A DNA stretch of 64,000 bases from the NCBI GenBank assembly GCA_017551785.1, contig JAFZKU010000010.1, forward strand, positions 3,980-67,979, in the 5' to 3' direction. Shown here piece after piece: positions 27,311 to 36,711 of this stretch. The stretch is from Bacteroidales bacterium (GTDB lineage Bacteria; Bacteroidota; Bacteroidia; Bacteroidales; UBA932). Position 1 is the stretch's first letter. Each line of letters begins with the position of its first letter. The notes below the pieces were generated by a model. The model did no database searches. It was not told where the DNA came from and saw nothing but the letters and a program-made list of their open reading frames with translations. The translations under genes were made by a program, and so were the position numbers.

Positions 27311-28303
27311 ATGGCAGACAGCAACTTCATAGACTATGTCAAGCTCTACTGCAGGGCCGGGAACGGCGGTGCGGGTTCGGTGCATCTGCGCCGCGAGAAA
27401 TACATTCCCAAGGGCGGTCCTGACGGCGGCAACGGCGGGCGCGGCGGCAACATTATCCTGCGCGGCAACGCCCAGATGTGGACGCTGATCCACCTCAAAT
27501 ACCAGAAGCACGTTATCGCCGAGAACGGCGAGGGCGGCAGCGGCGGCCTGAAAGACGGCAAGGACGGCAAGGACATCATCCTCGAAGTGCCGCTGGGCAC
27601 AGTAGCGAAGGATGCAGAGACCGGCGAAGTGCTGCTGGAGATCCTCGACGACGGTCAGAAGGCTATCCTGGCCAAGGGAGGCCGCGGCGGCCTGGGCAAC
27701 AACAACTTCAAGAGCCCCACCAACCGCACGCCGAGGTACGCCCAGCCGGGCGAGGAAGGCGTCGAAGGATGGTTCATCCTGGAGCTGAAGATAATGGCCG
27801 ACGTGGGTCTGGTGGGCTTCCCCAATGCCGGTAAATCCACTCTCGTTTCGACCCTTTCTGCAGCCAAGCCGAAGATTGCAGATTATGCCTTCACCACTCT
27901 GGAGCCCAGCCTCGGCATCGTCAGATACCGTGACGAGCGCTCTTTCGTGATAGCCGACATCCCCGGCATCATCGAAGGCGCCCACGAAGGCAAGGGCCTC
28001 GGGCTCCGCTTCCTGCGCCATATCGAGCGCAATTCGATGCTGCTGTTCATGGTTCCCGCCGACAGCGACGATATCGCCCGCGACTACAAGATCCTGCTCA
28101 ACGAGCTCAAGCTCTACAACCCCGAGCTGCTCGACAAGGACCGCATCCTGGCCATCTCCAAGAGCGATATGCTCGACGAGGAGCTGCGCCGCGAGATCAG
28201 CAAGCATCTGCCCCGCAAGGTGCCTCACATTTTCATCAGCAGCGTCACCGGATATAACATAACGGAGCTCAAGGATATGCTCTGGAATACCCTGAACAGC
28301 TGA
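27311..28303 (+). CDS. obg: GTPase Obg/CgtA
   Basis: [52 protein letters not shown] is the Obg fold. G motifs GFPNAGKST and DIPGIIEGA. The ORF-track start at 27290 overlaps the promoter box. Confidence 0.9.
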   Translation: MADSNFIDYVKLYCRAGNGGAGSVHLRREKYIPKGGPDGGNGGRGGNIILRGNAQMWTLIHLKYQKHVIAENGEGGSGGLKDGKDGKDIILEVPLGTVAKDAETGEVLLEILDDGQKAILAKGGRGGLGNNNFKSPTNRTPRYAQPGEEGVEGWFILELKIMADVGLVGFPNAGKSTLVSTLSAAKPKIADYAFTTLEPSLGIVRYRDERSFVIADIPGIIEGAHEGKGLGLRFLRHIERNSMLLFMVPADSDDIARDYKILLNELKLYNPELLDKDRILAISKSDMLDEELRREISKHLPRKVPHIFISSVTGYNITELKDMLWNTLNS

Positions 28304-29283
28304 TGCTCAGTATTATAGACAACCATACCGACCCTTACTGGAACCTGGCTGCCGAGGAATACCTTCTCGGCCGTTTCGACTGCCCTGTTTTCAGGCTCTG
28401 GCAGAACGCCCCGGCTGTCATTGTCGGCCGCAACCAGAACGCCCGCGCCGAGATCAATCAGGAATACATCGATAGCCACGGCATTGCAGTAGTACGCAGA
28501 CTCAGCGGAGGTGGCGCCGTCTACCACGACCTTGGCAACGTCAATTACACTTTCCTGGATGCGCGCAGCCGCAAGGAGAGCTCTGCTGAGATGTTCGCCC
28601 GCTTCACGGCCCCTGTAATCGCAGCGCTGGCCAAGCTGGGCGTCGAAGCGAAGCTGGAAGGCCGCAACGACCTCACCATCGACGGTGCCAAATTCTCCGG
28701 AAATGCCATCTACGTCAGCTCCGGCCGCATGATGCACCACGGCACCATGCTCTTCGACACCAGCATGGATGAAATGGCGGCAGCGCTGTCCGCCGATACT
28801 TCTAAATTCACCAGCAAGGCCGTAGAGTCGCGCCGCAGCCGCGTCACTAACATACTTCCCCATCTGCCCAAGCCCATGACGGCAGCAGAGTTCATCGCCT
28901 TCATCGGACAGGAGATTTCTGCTGAAGCGGAGCCCTACACATACACTCAGGAAGACATCCAGGCAATAGACCTTCTGGCAGAGCGGAAATACAGGAGAGC
29001 TGAGTGGAACTTTGCGGCAGGGCCGGCCTATTCATACGTCAAGACCGCAAAATTCCCCTGCGGAACCATAACTCTAACGGCAAAGATTGAAAAAGGCATA
29101 ATTGAAGGCCTTGCTATCACAGGAGACTATTTCTTCACCCTAAACACGCGCGAGTTCTGCGAAGCCATGCGCGGATGTCCACTCTCGAAAGAAAAAATCG
29201 CCGAGCGGGCATCTGACCTCCCGTTCGGCGACTATTTCAACGGCATAACCCTCGAGGAGTTATGCTCCCTGTTCATTATTTGA
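28303..29283 (+). CDS. lplA: Lipoate-protein ligase A
   Basis: NLAAEEYLL...VGRNQN...EINQEYIDSHGIAVVRRLSGGGAVYHDLGNVNYTF...KFSGNA. Confidence 0.85.
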   Translation: MLSIIDNHTDPYWNLAAEEYLLGRFDCPVFRLWQNAPAVIVGRNQNARAEINQEYIDSHGIAVVRRLSGGGAVYHDLGNVNYTFLDARSRKESSAEMFARFTAPVIAALAKLGVEAKLEGRNDLTIDGAKFSGNAIYVSSGRMMHHGTMLFDTSMDEMAAALSADTSKFTSKAVESRRSRVTNILPHLPKPMTAAEFIAFIGQEISAEAEPYTYTQEDIQAIDLLAERKYRRAEWNFAAGPAYSYVKTAKFPCGTITLTAKIEKGIIEGLAITGDYFFTLNTREFCEAMRGCPLSKEKIAERASDLPFGDYFNGITLEELCSLFII

Positions 29284-29578
29284 AACGTTTCTCCTTGGCA
29301 GAAACCAGTTTCTCTTTAAGGATGCCTGCGCATTCAACGATAGCGTCCTCAAAGGTGCTTGCATTGCGTTCTACCACTACTTCCGTTCCCGGAATCAATA
29401 CCCTGACCTTGACATTCTTGTTTTCAGGCTCGGGGAGGAGTGAGAGGTTTACTTCGGTCCTGACAATGTCCTCATAGAATTTGTCGAGCTTGCCGAGCTT
29501 CTTCTCTGTGAAGTCGATGAGCTTCTTGTCTGCATCGAACTTGAGTGAGTGAACTTTAATTTCCATTTTTACCTCCAA
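29276..29578 (-). CDS. hpf: Ribosome hibernation promoting factor / RaiA family
   Basis: ~100 aa: MEIKVHSLKFDADKKLIDFTEKKLGKLDKFYEDIV...VKVRVLIPGTEVVVERNASTFEDAI. The start may be 29566. Confidence 0.85.
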   Translation of the reverse strand: MEVKMEIKVHSLKFDADKKLIDFTEKKLGKLDKFYEDIVRTEVNLSLLPEPENKNVKVRVLIPGTEVVVERNASTFEDAIVECAGILKEKLVSAKEKRFK

Positions 29579-30497
29579 TCTTTGCTCTTGGATGAGCGGT
29601 TAAATATGTTTTCTTCAATTGCTCGAAAGAGTTGTGCGTATAAACTTGTGTGGCTGCAAGGGAACTGTGTCCAAGGATCTCCTTTATGCTGTTCAGGTCA
29701 GCGCCGTTGTTCAACAGGTGGGTCGCCAGCGAGTGACGCAGCAGGTGCGGCGACTTGCGCCCGGTAAACCCTTCTGCCTTCGACAATTCCGCCTTCACTA
29801 TGTTGTTGACCATCGCAGGATACATCTGCGCGCCCTTGTCAGTGGTAAAGAAGAAACTGTCGTTGCTGCTTGAAAATTCCTTGCCAAGCCTTTTCAAATA
29901 TAGCAAAATATATCGACTTATCAAAGCCGGAACGGGAACTTCGCGCGGCTTGTCACCCTTGCCGACAATGCGGAAAACACCCCTTGCCGGGTCGAAGTCT
30001 CCCACTCTCAGATTGCATATCTCGCTGCGGCGCATGCCCGTAGCGTAGAGCACCATTATCAGCATCCTGGCCCTCAGATGATCCATCGGCTCTTCGCCTT
30101 CGAAGTCGCTGTCCTTCATCTCGAAATAGTTCTCGAGAGACTGCTCGGTGTAGAACTCCGGAAGCCTGCGGGCCTCCTTAGGGCGGAAGACCTTCCGGGC
30201 CGGATTTGAATGCAGCTCGCCCTGCTTGATAAGCCAGTTGCAGTAGCTGCTGATGGCTGACAGCTTGAGGTTCACAGTCCGCGCTGAGAGCCCGTTTTCC
30301 AGCCCGTGAGCCACGAATCCGCGCAGATTGTTGCTCTTGAGGACGTCGAGCTGCTCCGCCTTGGAGAGAGCATCCACAGAGCTCTTCTCAGGATAGATGA
30401 AGGCATAGAACTCGCGCAGCGCCTCCTCGTAGAGAGCCGCCGTGCGCTTCGAATAGCGCTTCTGCAGGGAGATATAATCCAGAAAGGCCTTAATCAT
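29556..30497 (-). CDS. xerC: Tyrosine site-specific recombinase XerC/XerD family
   Basis: MIKAFLDYISLQKRYSKRTAALYEEAL..., ATGMRRSEICNLRVGDF, HLLRHSLATHLLNNGADLNSIKEILGHSSLAATQVYTH. Start chosen at the ATG at 30497. Conserved rpsU-xerC-hpf neighbourhood. Confidence 0.85.
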   Translation of the reverse strand: MIKAFLDYISLQKRYSKRTAALYEEALREFYAFIYPEKSSVDALSKAEQLDVLKSNNLRGFVAHGLENGLSARTVNLKLSAISSYCNWLIKQGELHSNPARKVFRPKEARRLPEFYTEQSLENYFEMKDSDFEGEEPMDHLRARMLIMVLYATGMRRSEICNLRVGDFDPARGVFRIVGKGDKPREVPVPALISRYILLYLKRLGKEFSSSNDSFFFTTDKGAQMYPAMVNNIVKAELSKAEGFTGRKSPHLLRHSLATHLLNNGADLNSIKEILGHSSLAATQVYTHNSFEQLKKTYLTAHPRAKIGGKNGN

Positions 30498-30554
30498 TAC
30501 CGTAAATTTAGCGAAAAAAGGCGACGGCTCCGTTTGTTTTTCCAAAATCTTGTT

Positions 30555-30562
30555 TATCTTTG
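30555..30562 (+). promoter_or_regulatory. -7 promoter box TATCTTTG upstream of rpsU
   Basis: TAnnTTTG match, 35 nt before the ATG at 30597. Confidence 0.45.
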
Positions 30563-30596
30563 CCGTCCACAAGAAAAAGGAGGTGTGCAATAGACT

Positions 30597-30788
30597 ATGA
30601 TTATCGTTCCCATCAAAGAAGGTGAAAACATTGAGAGGGCTCTCAAGAAATTCAAACGCAAATTCGAAAAGACCGGCATCGTAAAGGAACTCCGCAACAG
30701 GAAGAACTTCGAGAAACCGTCTGTAAAGAGGAGAGATGAAATCAAGAAGGCAATCTATGTCCAGAAATTGCAGCTCCGCGACGAATAA
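30597..30788 (+). CDS. rpsU: 30S ribosomal protein S21
   Basis: MIIVPIKEGENIERALKKFKRKFEKTGIVKELRNRKNFEKPSVKRR. Confidence 0.95.
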   Translation: MIIVPIKEGENIERALKKFKRKFEKTGIVKELRNRKNFEKPSVKRRDEIKKAIYVQKLQLRDE

Positions 30789-30810
30789 TCTCTGATTTCA
30801 ATATAAAAAA

Positions 30811-30842
30811 GGGTGACCGCAATCGGCCACCCTTATTTTTTG
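30811..30842 (+). terminator. Rho-independent terminator of rpsU
   Basis: GGGTGACCG-CAAT-CGGCCACCC stem (one mismatch), preceded by an A-run and followed by TTATTTTTTG. Confidence 0.7.
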
Positions 30843-30877
30843 TCATCCGAGCCCCTCGTACCTTGGCCATCGACCGT

Positions 30878-31016
30878 CATCCGGCCCCGCAAACCGGCTT
30901 TCCACGGGCCAGACAGGCTCCGGAAGAGCATCCGGCCCCGCAAATCGGCTTTTCACGGGCCAGGCGGAACCCAAGCGAGCATCTGGCCCCGCAAACCGGG
31001 CTTTCACGGGCCAGAT
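30878..31016 (-). repeat. REP-like array B: 3 units, 51-bp period, reverse orientation relative to array A
   Basis: Cores CATC(C/T)GGCCCCGCAAA(C/T)CGG...CACGGGCCAG start at 30878, 30929 and 30980. The last core ends 1 nt before the stop codon (31018-31020) of the RAYT-like gene. Confidence 0.9.
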
Positions 31017-31017
31017 G

Positions 31018-31995
31018 TTACTTCCTGAACGGGAATTGCTCGTCGACAATATTCTTTTCCAACTTGAGTAGCCTGGCAATCTTTTCGTTGTCGGCGTTGT
31101 AGTCGAAGTGGAGGGTGCGCGCGAGATCTTGTTTCGCCTTTGTGGGAAGCAGGGCTGGTTTATTACCGTTGTATTCTTGATTACAAATACGGTAGACTAC
31201 GGCAATGAGTTCATCGTCAGTATAATAGATGGAATCTCCGAGCTGGGCGGCTATTTCTTTGTAAGATTCGATGTCACGTGATATCTTGTGGAAATAATGG
31301 CGTGCGTCGCGGAACAATCCCTCGCCGATGTCGAGTCTGACATAGTTGACAGGTGAGATATACCCGTCATACAGAATCCACGCTTCAGGATAATCTATTT
31401 CTTTGGAACGGACAAGTTTGCGGCGATCATGAATAAACAGTTCTCCGAAAGTTCCGTTGGAATACCGTTTGGCAGCTGGAGAAAAGTAAAAGCTGTTGGC
31501 ACCGAAAGGGTAAGAGAAAGGGGTCTGATTGGGGTCTACCACATAGTTGTTCCGATTGACATAAACAATTTGATTGCGAACGGATTCAAGCGATTCAACC
31601 GGAATCAGCTTAGCATTCTCAAAGTGTCTGAGGCTGACCGTATTGCCTTCCTTCTTTAAATTGAATCTCAGCTTTTTATAAAGCATGTCGAAGAAGTCCA
31701 TGACATTTTCTTTGCGGCCGCAAACGAGCATGTGTAGATGGTTGCTCATTATCTCAAAGGTGAGTATCTGGATGTCTGGACAATCATGAGAACATATCGC
31801 GATGAGATTCATCATGGAAACATAGGCTTCCTTGTCGTGGAAGATTACGGGCTGTCCGACACCCGGGGTACAGAGGTGCCAGATGCCCCCGAAATTGGCG
31901 AGAACCCATCGAAACATGAGATTGCATTTGTTTTCTTTTGCACTGAAAGATGCGTAATCGGACGCATGCTCAGAATTATTGATGATTGTTGCCAT
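31018..31995 (-). CDS. IS200/IS605 Y1 (HUH) superfamily protein, REP-associated tyrosine transposase (RAYT)-like, with an extra ~120-aa C-terminal domain
   Basis: 325 aa. IWHLCTPGVGQPVIFHDKEAYVSMMNLI, then HUH motif FEIMSNHLHMLV, then a Tyr motif region RNQIVYVNRNNYVVDPNQTPFSYPFGANSFYF (compare Y-I-x-x-N-P ... YPWSS of RAYTs). REP-like arrays sit on both flanks. Confidence 0.7.
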   Translation of the reverse strand: MATIINNSEHASDYASFSAKENKCNLMFRWVLANFGGIWHLCTPGVGQPVIFHDKEAYVSMMNLIAICSHDCPDIQILTFEIMSNHLHMLVCGRKENVMDFFDMLYKKLRFNLKKEGNTVSLRHFENAKLIPVESLESVRNQIVYVNRNNYVVDPNQTPFSYPFGANSFYFSPAAKRYSNGTFGELFIHDRRKLVRSKEIDYPEAWILYDGYISPVNYVRLDIGEGLFRDARHYFHKISRDIESYKEIAAQLGDSIYYTDDELIAVVYRICNQEYNGNKPALLPTKAKQDLARTLHFDYNADNEKIARLLKLEKNIVDEQFPFRK

Positions 31996-32019
31996 ATTCG
32001 ACCTCTACTTGTTTTCAAG

Positions 32020-32027
32020 CAAAGCTA
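32020..32027 (-). promoter_or_regulatory. -7 promoter box (TAGCTTTG on the minus strand) for the RAYT-like gene
   Basis: Plus-strand CAAAGCTA is TAnnTTTG on the minus strand, 24 nt upstream of the ATG at 31995. Confidence 0.45.
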
Positions 32028-32330
32028 TGATACTGGGGGCATAATAGGCGTTTTTAAACGTTTAGATACGTTTTATTTGTTTAACAGGAATACAATTATA
32101 CACTGGACTGGAGTCTGCTGCAGAGGTGGAGTCGGCGGAAACAAAAAGTTTTCTCCCGTCGGCTCTGCGGGGGCTCAGGAAAAGCCCTCCTCGCATAGCT
32201 AAGGAAAACTTTTGTATGGAAGCTCATCCAGCCGCGGTGAAAACGGAGAAGGAGGTTTTCTCCAGCCAGCAAAGCGAGCTCTTTGGGTGGCTCGCTTTGT
32301 CCGGCTAGGAAAACCTCGGCGCTACACTGG

Positions 32331-32520
32331 CACTTGGCCCCGCAAACCGCCCTTTCGCGGGCCAGACAGGCTCCGGACTAGCATCCGGCCCCGCAAACCG
32401 CCATTTCCCGGGCCAGACAGGCTCTGAGCAATCATCAGGCCCCGCAAACCGGGCTTTCACGGGCAAGACAGGCTCCGGAAGAGCATCCGGCCCCGCAAAC
32501 CGGACTTTCGCGGGCCAGAC
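32331..32520 (-). repeat. REP-like array C: 4 units, 51-bp period, same orientation as array B
   Basis: Cores start at 32331, 32382, 32433 and 32484 (for example CATCCGGCCCCGCAAACCGCCATTTCCCGGGCCAGAC). Confidence 0.9.
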
Positions 32521-32560
32521 GGGCTCCAGGCGGGGTGCGACGGGCGCTGACCCGGGCGCG

Positions 32561-32593
32561 AAAAAAGGGCGACCACAACGCGCGGCCGCCCTC
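32561..32593 (-). terminator. Rho-independent terminator downstream of mutB
   Basis: On the minus strand, AGGGCGGCCGCGCGTTGTGGTCGCCCT is followed by TTTTTT. It begins 20 nt after the stop at 32613. Confidence 0.7.
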
Positions 32594-32612
32594 TTCGCTG
32601 AGCTTGCTCCCC

Positions 32613-34754
32613 TTATGCCTCGCGGGCAGCATTGAGCAGCTCGATCATCTTGATGACGCACATCGGGATGCGGGTGCCGGGGCCGAAGATGGCGGCAGCG
32701 CCAGCCTTGTAGAGAGCGTCGTAGTCCTGTGCAGGGATCACACCGCCGACAGTGACGATGATGTCCTCACGGCCGTACTTCTTGAGCTCCTCGATAACCT
32801 GAGGAACGAGGGTGAGGTGACCTGCAGCAAGAGAGCTGATGCCGAGGATGTGGACGTCGTTCTCGACAGCCTGCTTAACAGCCTCTTCGGGAGTCTGGAA
32901 GAGCGGGCCCATGTCGACGTCGAAACCGCAGTCGGCGAAACCGGTGGCAACCACCTTGGCGCCGCGGTCGTGACCGTCCTGGCCGAGTTTGGCAACCATG
33001 ATACGGGGCTGACGGCCTTCTTTCTTGGCGAACTCAGCCACCATAGCCTTGGCTTTCTCAAACTCATCGTTATGCTTGATTTCTGATGAGTAAACACCTG
33101 TGTTCATACGGATGATAGCTTTATAACGTCCAACAACTTTTTCGCAAGCGTCGCTGATCTCACCGAGAGTAGCGCGAACCTTGGCGGCCTCTACTGCAAG
33201 AGCGAGCAGATTGCCGTTCTTCTCGGCCACGGCCTTGGTGATAGCAGCGAGGGCGGCCTGAACAGCAGCCTCGTCGCGGTGAGCGCGGAGATCTTTCAGA
33301 CGAGCAATCTGGCTCTCGCGAACCTTGGTGTTGTCCACAGCAAGAATCTCGATAGGATCCTCATGCTCGAGGCGGAACTCGTTGATACCGATGATCTTCT
33401 CCATGCCGCTGTCGATGCGGGCCTGTTTGCGGGCTGCAGCTTCCTCGATACGGAGTTTAGGAATACCGGTCTCGATGGCTTTGGCCATACCGCCGAGCTC
33501 CTCAACCTCCTGGATGTGTTTCCATGCTGCGTTGACAAGATTCCTGGTGAGGCTTTCTACATAGTAGCTGCCGGCCCAAGGATCGACGTTCTTGCAGACT
33601 GAAGTCTCTTCCTGGATGTAGATCTGAGTGTTACGGGCGATACGCGCGCTGAAGTCGGTAGGCAGGGCGATGGCCTCGTCGAGAGCGTTGGTGTGAAGGC
33701 TCTGGGTGTGGCCCAGGGCAGCTCCCATAGCCTCGATGCAGGTACGTGCCACGTTGTTGAAAGGATCCTGCTCGGTGAGCGACCATCCTGAAGTCTGGCA
33801 GTGGGTACGCAGAGCGAGACTCTTCGGATTCTTCGGGTTGAACTGGTTTACCAGCTTGGCCCAGATCATACGTGCAGCACGCATCTTGGCGATCTCCATG
33901 AAGTTGTTCATGCCGATTGCCCAGAAGAATGACAGACGAGGTGCGAAAGCATCTACCTGGATGCCGGCTTTGATACCTGTGCGGAGGTACTCCAGACCGT
34001 CGGCGAGGGTGTAAGCCATCTCGATGTCGTTGGTTGCGCCGGCTTCCTGCATGTGGTAGCCGGAGATTGAGATCGAGTTGAACTTGGGCATGTTCTGCGA
34101 AGTGAATGCGAAGATATCGCCGATTATGCGCATAGAGAACTCAGGCGGATAGATGTAGGTGTTGCGGACCATGAACTCCTTGAGGATATCGTTCTGGATG
34201 GTTCCAGCCATTTCCTCGAGCTTGGCGCCCTGCTCAAGACCTGCCACGATGTAGAAGGCCATGATAGGAAGCACGGCACCGTTCATAGTCATTGACACTG
34301 ACATTTTGTTGAGAGGGATCTGGTCGAAGAGGACCTTCATGTCCTCGACAGAGCAGATACTTACACCGGCCTTTCCGACGTCACCGACTACGCGGGGGTG
34401 GTCGGCGTCATATCCACGGTGAGTGGCAAGGTCGAAGGCCACTGACAGACCTTTCTGGCCTGATGCAAGGTTACGGCGGTAGAATGCGTTGGATTCCTCG
34501 GCCGTAGAGAAACCGGCGTACTGACGGATGGTCCAGGGACGCATCACATACATGGTTGAATAAGGGCCGCGGAGATAGGGAGCGATACCTGCAGCGTAGT
34601 TCAGGTGCTCCATGCCTTCGAGATCCTCAGCGGTATAGAGAGACTTGACGTCTATGTTTTCAGGGGTGTGCCAGAGTTCCTCGGCAGCTTTAGAGCGGGC
34701 AGGGGCAGCACCGAATTCCTTAAGATCTATTATATCTGTAAAAGTAGGTTTCAT
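32613..34754 (-). CDS. mutB: Methylmalonyl-CoA mutase large (catalytic, B12-binding) subunit
   Basis: 713 aa. [44 protein letters not shown], and a C-terminal B12-binding domain [19 protein letters not shown]. Confidence 0.95.
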   Translation of the reverse strand: MKPTFTDIIDLKEFGAAPARSKAAEELWHTPENIDVKSLYTAEDLEGMEHLNYAAGIAPYLRGPYSTMYVMRPWTIRQYAGFSTAEESNAFYRRNLASGQKGLSVAFDLATHRGYDADHPRVVGDVGKAGVSICSVEDMKVLFDQIPLNKMSVSMTMNGAVLPIMAFYIVAGLEQGAKLEEMAGTIQNDILKEFMVRNTYIYPPEFSMRIIGDIFAFTSQNMPKFNSISISGYHMQEAGATNDIEMAYTLADGLEYLRTGIKAGIQVDAFAPRLSFFWAIGMNNFMEIAKMRAARMIWAKLVNQFNPKNPKSLALRTHCQTSGWSLTEQDPFNNVARTCIEAMGAALGHTQSLHTNALDEAIALPTDFSARIARNTQIYIQEETSVCKNVDPWAGSYYVESLTRNLVNAAWKHIQEVEELGGMAKAIETGIPKLRIEEAAARKQARIDSGMEKIIGINEFRLEHEDPIEILAVDNTKVRESQIARLKDLRAHRDEAAVQAALAAITKAVAEKNGNLLALAVEAAKVRATLGEISDACEKVVGRYKAIIRMNTGVYSSEIKHNDEFEKAKAMVAEFAKKEGRQPRIMVAKLGQDGHDRGAKVVATGFADCGFDVDMGPLFQTPEEAVKQAVENDVHILGISSLAAGHLTLVPQVIEELKKYGREDIIVTVGGVIPAQDYDALYKAGAAAIFGPGTRIPMCVIKMIELLNAAREA

Positions 34755-34766
34755 CTGCTGAAGTTT

Positions 34767-36650
34767 TTAAAGTTCTTTAATGCCCATTGCTGCCTGATAT
34801 TCCTTGAGGGTCTCAAGGACATTGCATCTGACATGTATATATTTATCGATTCCCTTGGCTTCGAGTTCAGGACGGCACTCGGGATCGCCGGCCACAACTA
34901 CGATGGCCTTGTCGCCGATGAGCTCTTTGATCTTCGGGACAGCCTCTGCGTATTCGTCGTCAGCAGAGCATGCCACAACGATGTCAGCCTTGGCTGCGAG
35001 AGCGGCCTCGACACCCTCTTCTACTGAAGAGAAGCGGTTGTTGTCGACAACCTTGAAACCGGCCACTGCAAAGAAGTTGCAGCTGAACTGAGCGCGGGCG
35101 CGGCACATTGCGAGGTTGCCGAAGGTGAGCATGAAGGCCTGCGGCTGCTTGCCGCTGCGGTCTGTGGCAAGGCGGAGAGCCTCGAAAGCCTGGGCGCCGC
35201 GGTAAGGACGCAGCGGCTCGGCCACTTCTTTGTCTTCGCACTTCTTGCCGCAGCACTCTGCGCTATCGGCATAGCGGGTTACGATCTCTTTGGTGATCTC
35301 TTCCGGAGCCTTCTCGAGGAAGTTAGGATACTGGTTGGTACCAAGGATAGTGTCGCGGCGCTTTGCGATGGCCTGGTCTTTCTTGTCAGCAACGGCCTTA
35401 ACGGCTGCCTGGACTTCGCCGGCCTTGAATGCAGCGACATATCCGCCCTTGGCGTTGACAGCCTTGAAGATATCCCAAGCTGCCAGAGCGATAGACTTGG
35501 AGAGGGTCTCGATGTAATAGCTGCCGGCACCCGGGTCAACAACCTTGTCGAAGTGAGCTTCTTCCTTGAGGATTGACTGGGTGTTGCGGGCGATACGGTT
35601 CGAGAACTCGTTGGGCTCGCGGAACGCATGGTCGAACGGAAGCACCTCAATAGAGTCGACGCCTGCAAGGGCGGCGCTCATGGCCTCAGTGGTGCCGCGG
35701 AGCATGTTGACGTAAGCGTCATAAACCGTCTGGTTCCAGGTGCTGGTCACGGCGTGAACCTTGATCTTCATAGCCTCGAGGCTCCTGACCTTGTAGGCCC
35801 TTACGACGTCAGCCCACAGAACGCGTGCTGCGCGGAACTTGGCAATCTCGAAGAAGTAATTGCCGCTGATGGCGAAGGTGAACTTGATGCGCTTTGCAAC
35901 CTCAGCTGCGTCAAGACCCCTGTCGGTGAGTTCAGTCATGTACTCGCTGCCGATGGCCATGGCATAGCCGAGCTCCTGGCTGATGCTGCTGCCTGCTGCA
36001 TTGAAGTCGAAAGCCTTGACAGCCACAACGCGGATGTTGGGATACTCAGCCACAGCCTTGATGCAGTCGACGAGCTTGTCATAAGCATCCTCGCAGAAAT
36101 GACCTTTGACTGTAAGCGAGTGCAGAGGGCTGAAATCGAAGCTTGCGTGGATTTCATTCTTTGCAACGCCCATAGACTCGGCGACCTTCAGGAAACTGTC
36201 GATCACTCCGCGGGTCTTGCCCGGGCAGCAACCGGTGAAGTTAACCTCGACGGCCTGGAGGCAGAAGTCCTTCAGCAGGACTGCCATCTCTTTCTCATTC
36301 AAACCGTTGCGGCTGATCTTGAAGCCGATGGAATTGGCACCCTTCATAAGGGCATCCAGAGCCAGCTTATTGGCCTCTACAAGATCTTTACAAGCACAGA
36401 AATCCTGGCGGATAAGCCATTCATTAGAATTTTTGGTACCCCTTACGAACGGGAACTGGCCCGGCTGGGTATCCATGAACTTGATGTCGGCGAGGTTCTC
36501 GGCGCGGTAGTAAGGACGCACGTTGAAACCTTCGATGGTCTTCCAGACAAGTTTCTTGTCATAGTCGGCCCCTTTCAAGTCAACGTTAATCGCCGCTTCC
36601 CACTGTTCCGTGGTGACGGGCGGGAATTCGGCAAATAGTTTTTCTGACAT
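34767..36650 (-). CDS. mutA: Methylmalonyl-CoA mutase small subunit
   Basis: 627 aa, mutase-like without the DxHxxG B12 motif, immediately upstream of mutB. Confidence 0.85.
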   Translation of the reverse strand: MSEKLFAEFPPVTTEQWEAAINVDLKGADYDKKLVWKTIEGFNVRPYYRAENLADIKFMDTQPGQFPFVRGTKNSNEWLIRQDFCACKDLVEANKLALDALMKGANSIGFKISRNGLNEKEMAVLLKDFCLQAVEVNFTGCCPGKTRGVIDSFLKVAESMGVAKNEIHASFDFSPLHSLTVKGHFCEDAYDKLVDCIKAVAEYPNIRVVAVKAFDFNAAGSSISQELGYAMAIGSEYMTELTDRGLDAAEVAKRIKFTFAISGNYFFEIAKFRAARVLWADVVRAYKVRSLEAMKIKVHAVTSTWNQTVYDAYVNMLRGTTEAMSAALAGVDSIEVLPFDHAFREPNEFSNRIARNTQSILKEEAHFDKVVDPGAGSYYIETLSKSIALAAWDIFKAVNAKGGYVAAFKAGEVQAAVKAVADKKDQAIAKRRDTILGTNQYPNFLEKAPEEITKEIVTRYADSAECCGKKCEDKEVAEPLRPYRGAQAFEALRLATDRSGKQPQAFMLTFGNLAMCRARAQFSCNFFAVAGFKVVDNNRFSSVEEGVEAALAAKADIVVACSADDEYAEAVPKIKELIGDKAIVVVAGDPECRPELEAKGIDKYIHVRCNVLETLKEYQAAMGIKEL

Positions 36651-36711
36651 AATTAGCTAAAAATATTATTTGTTGTTGTTTTTGCGAATCTGCTAATATA
36701 ATCAATTTCTG

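Noticed and set aside
26746-27330. 194-aa minus-strand ORF, 87-aa plus-strand ORF (26924-27187), and similar ORFs at 30813-31102 and 32212-32661 with 17-aa periodic sequences (GPANRxFTGQTGSEQSS and similar)
   Set aside because: They are artefacts of the 51-bp (17-codon) stop-free repeat. They occur on both strands and at all three arrays. They have no promoter or RBS context and run into neighbouring real genes.
27161-28228. Long antisense ORFs opposite real genes, for example 27161-28228(-), 46660-47637(-), 35628-36638(+), 37941-39128(+), 39755-41800(+), 55554-56444(+), 57908-59017(+), 61849-62964(+), 3992-4918(+), 21822-22709(+), 15348-16160(+)
   Set aside because: Each lies fully inside a gene with strong family motifs on the other strand. 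Each has the Ala/Arg/Gly/Val/His-rich, low-complexity composition typical of shadow ORFs in GC3-rich genes.
29556-30497. The tyrosine recombinase as a marker of an integrated mobile element next to the repeat arrays
   Set aside because: The sequence and the rpsU-xerC-hpf arrangement are those of the conserved chromosomal Xer recombinase of Bacteroidales. No att-like direct repeats or cargo genes are seen.
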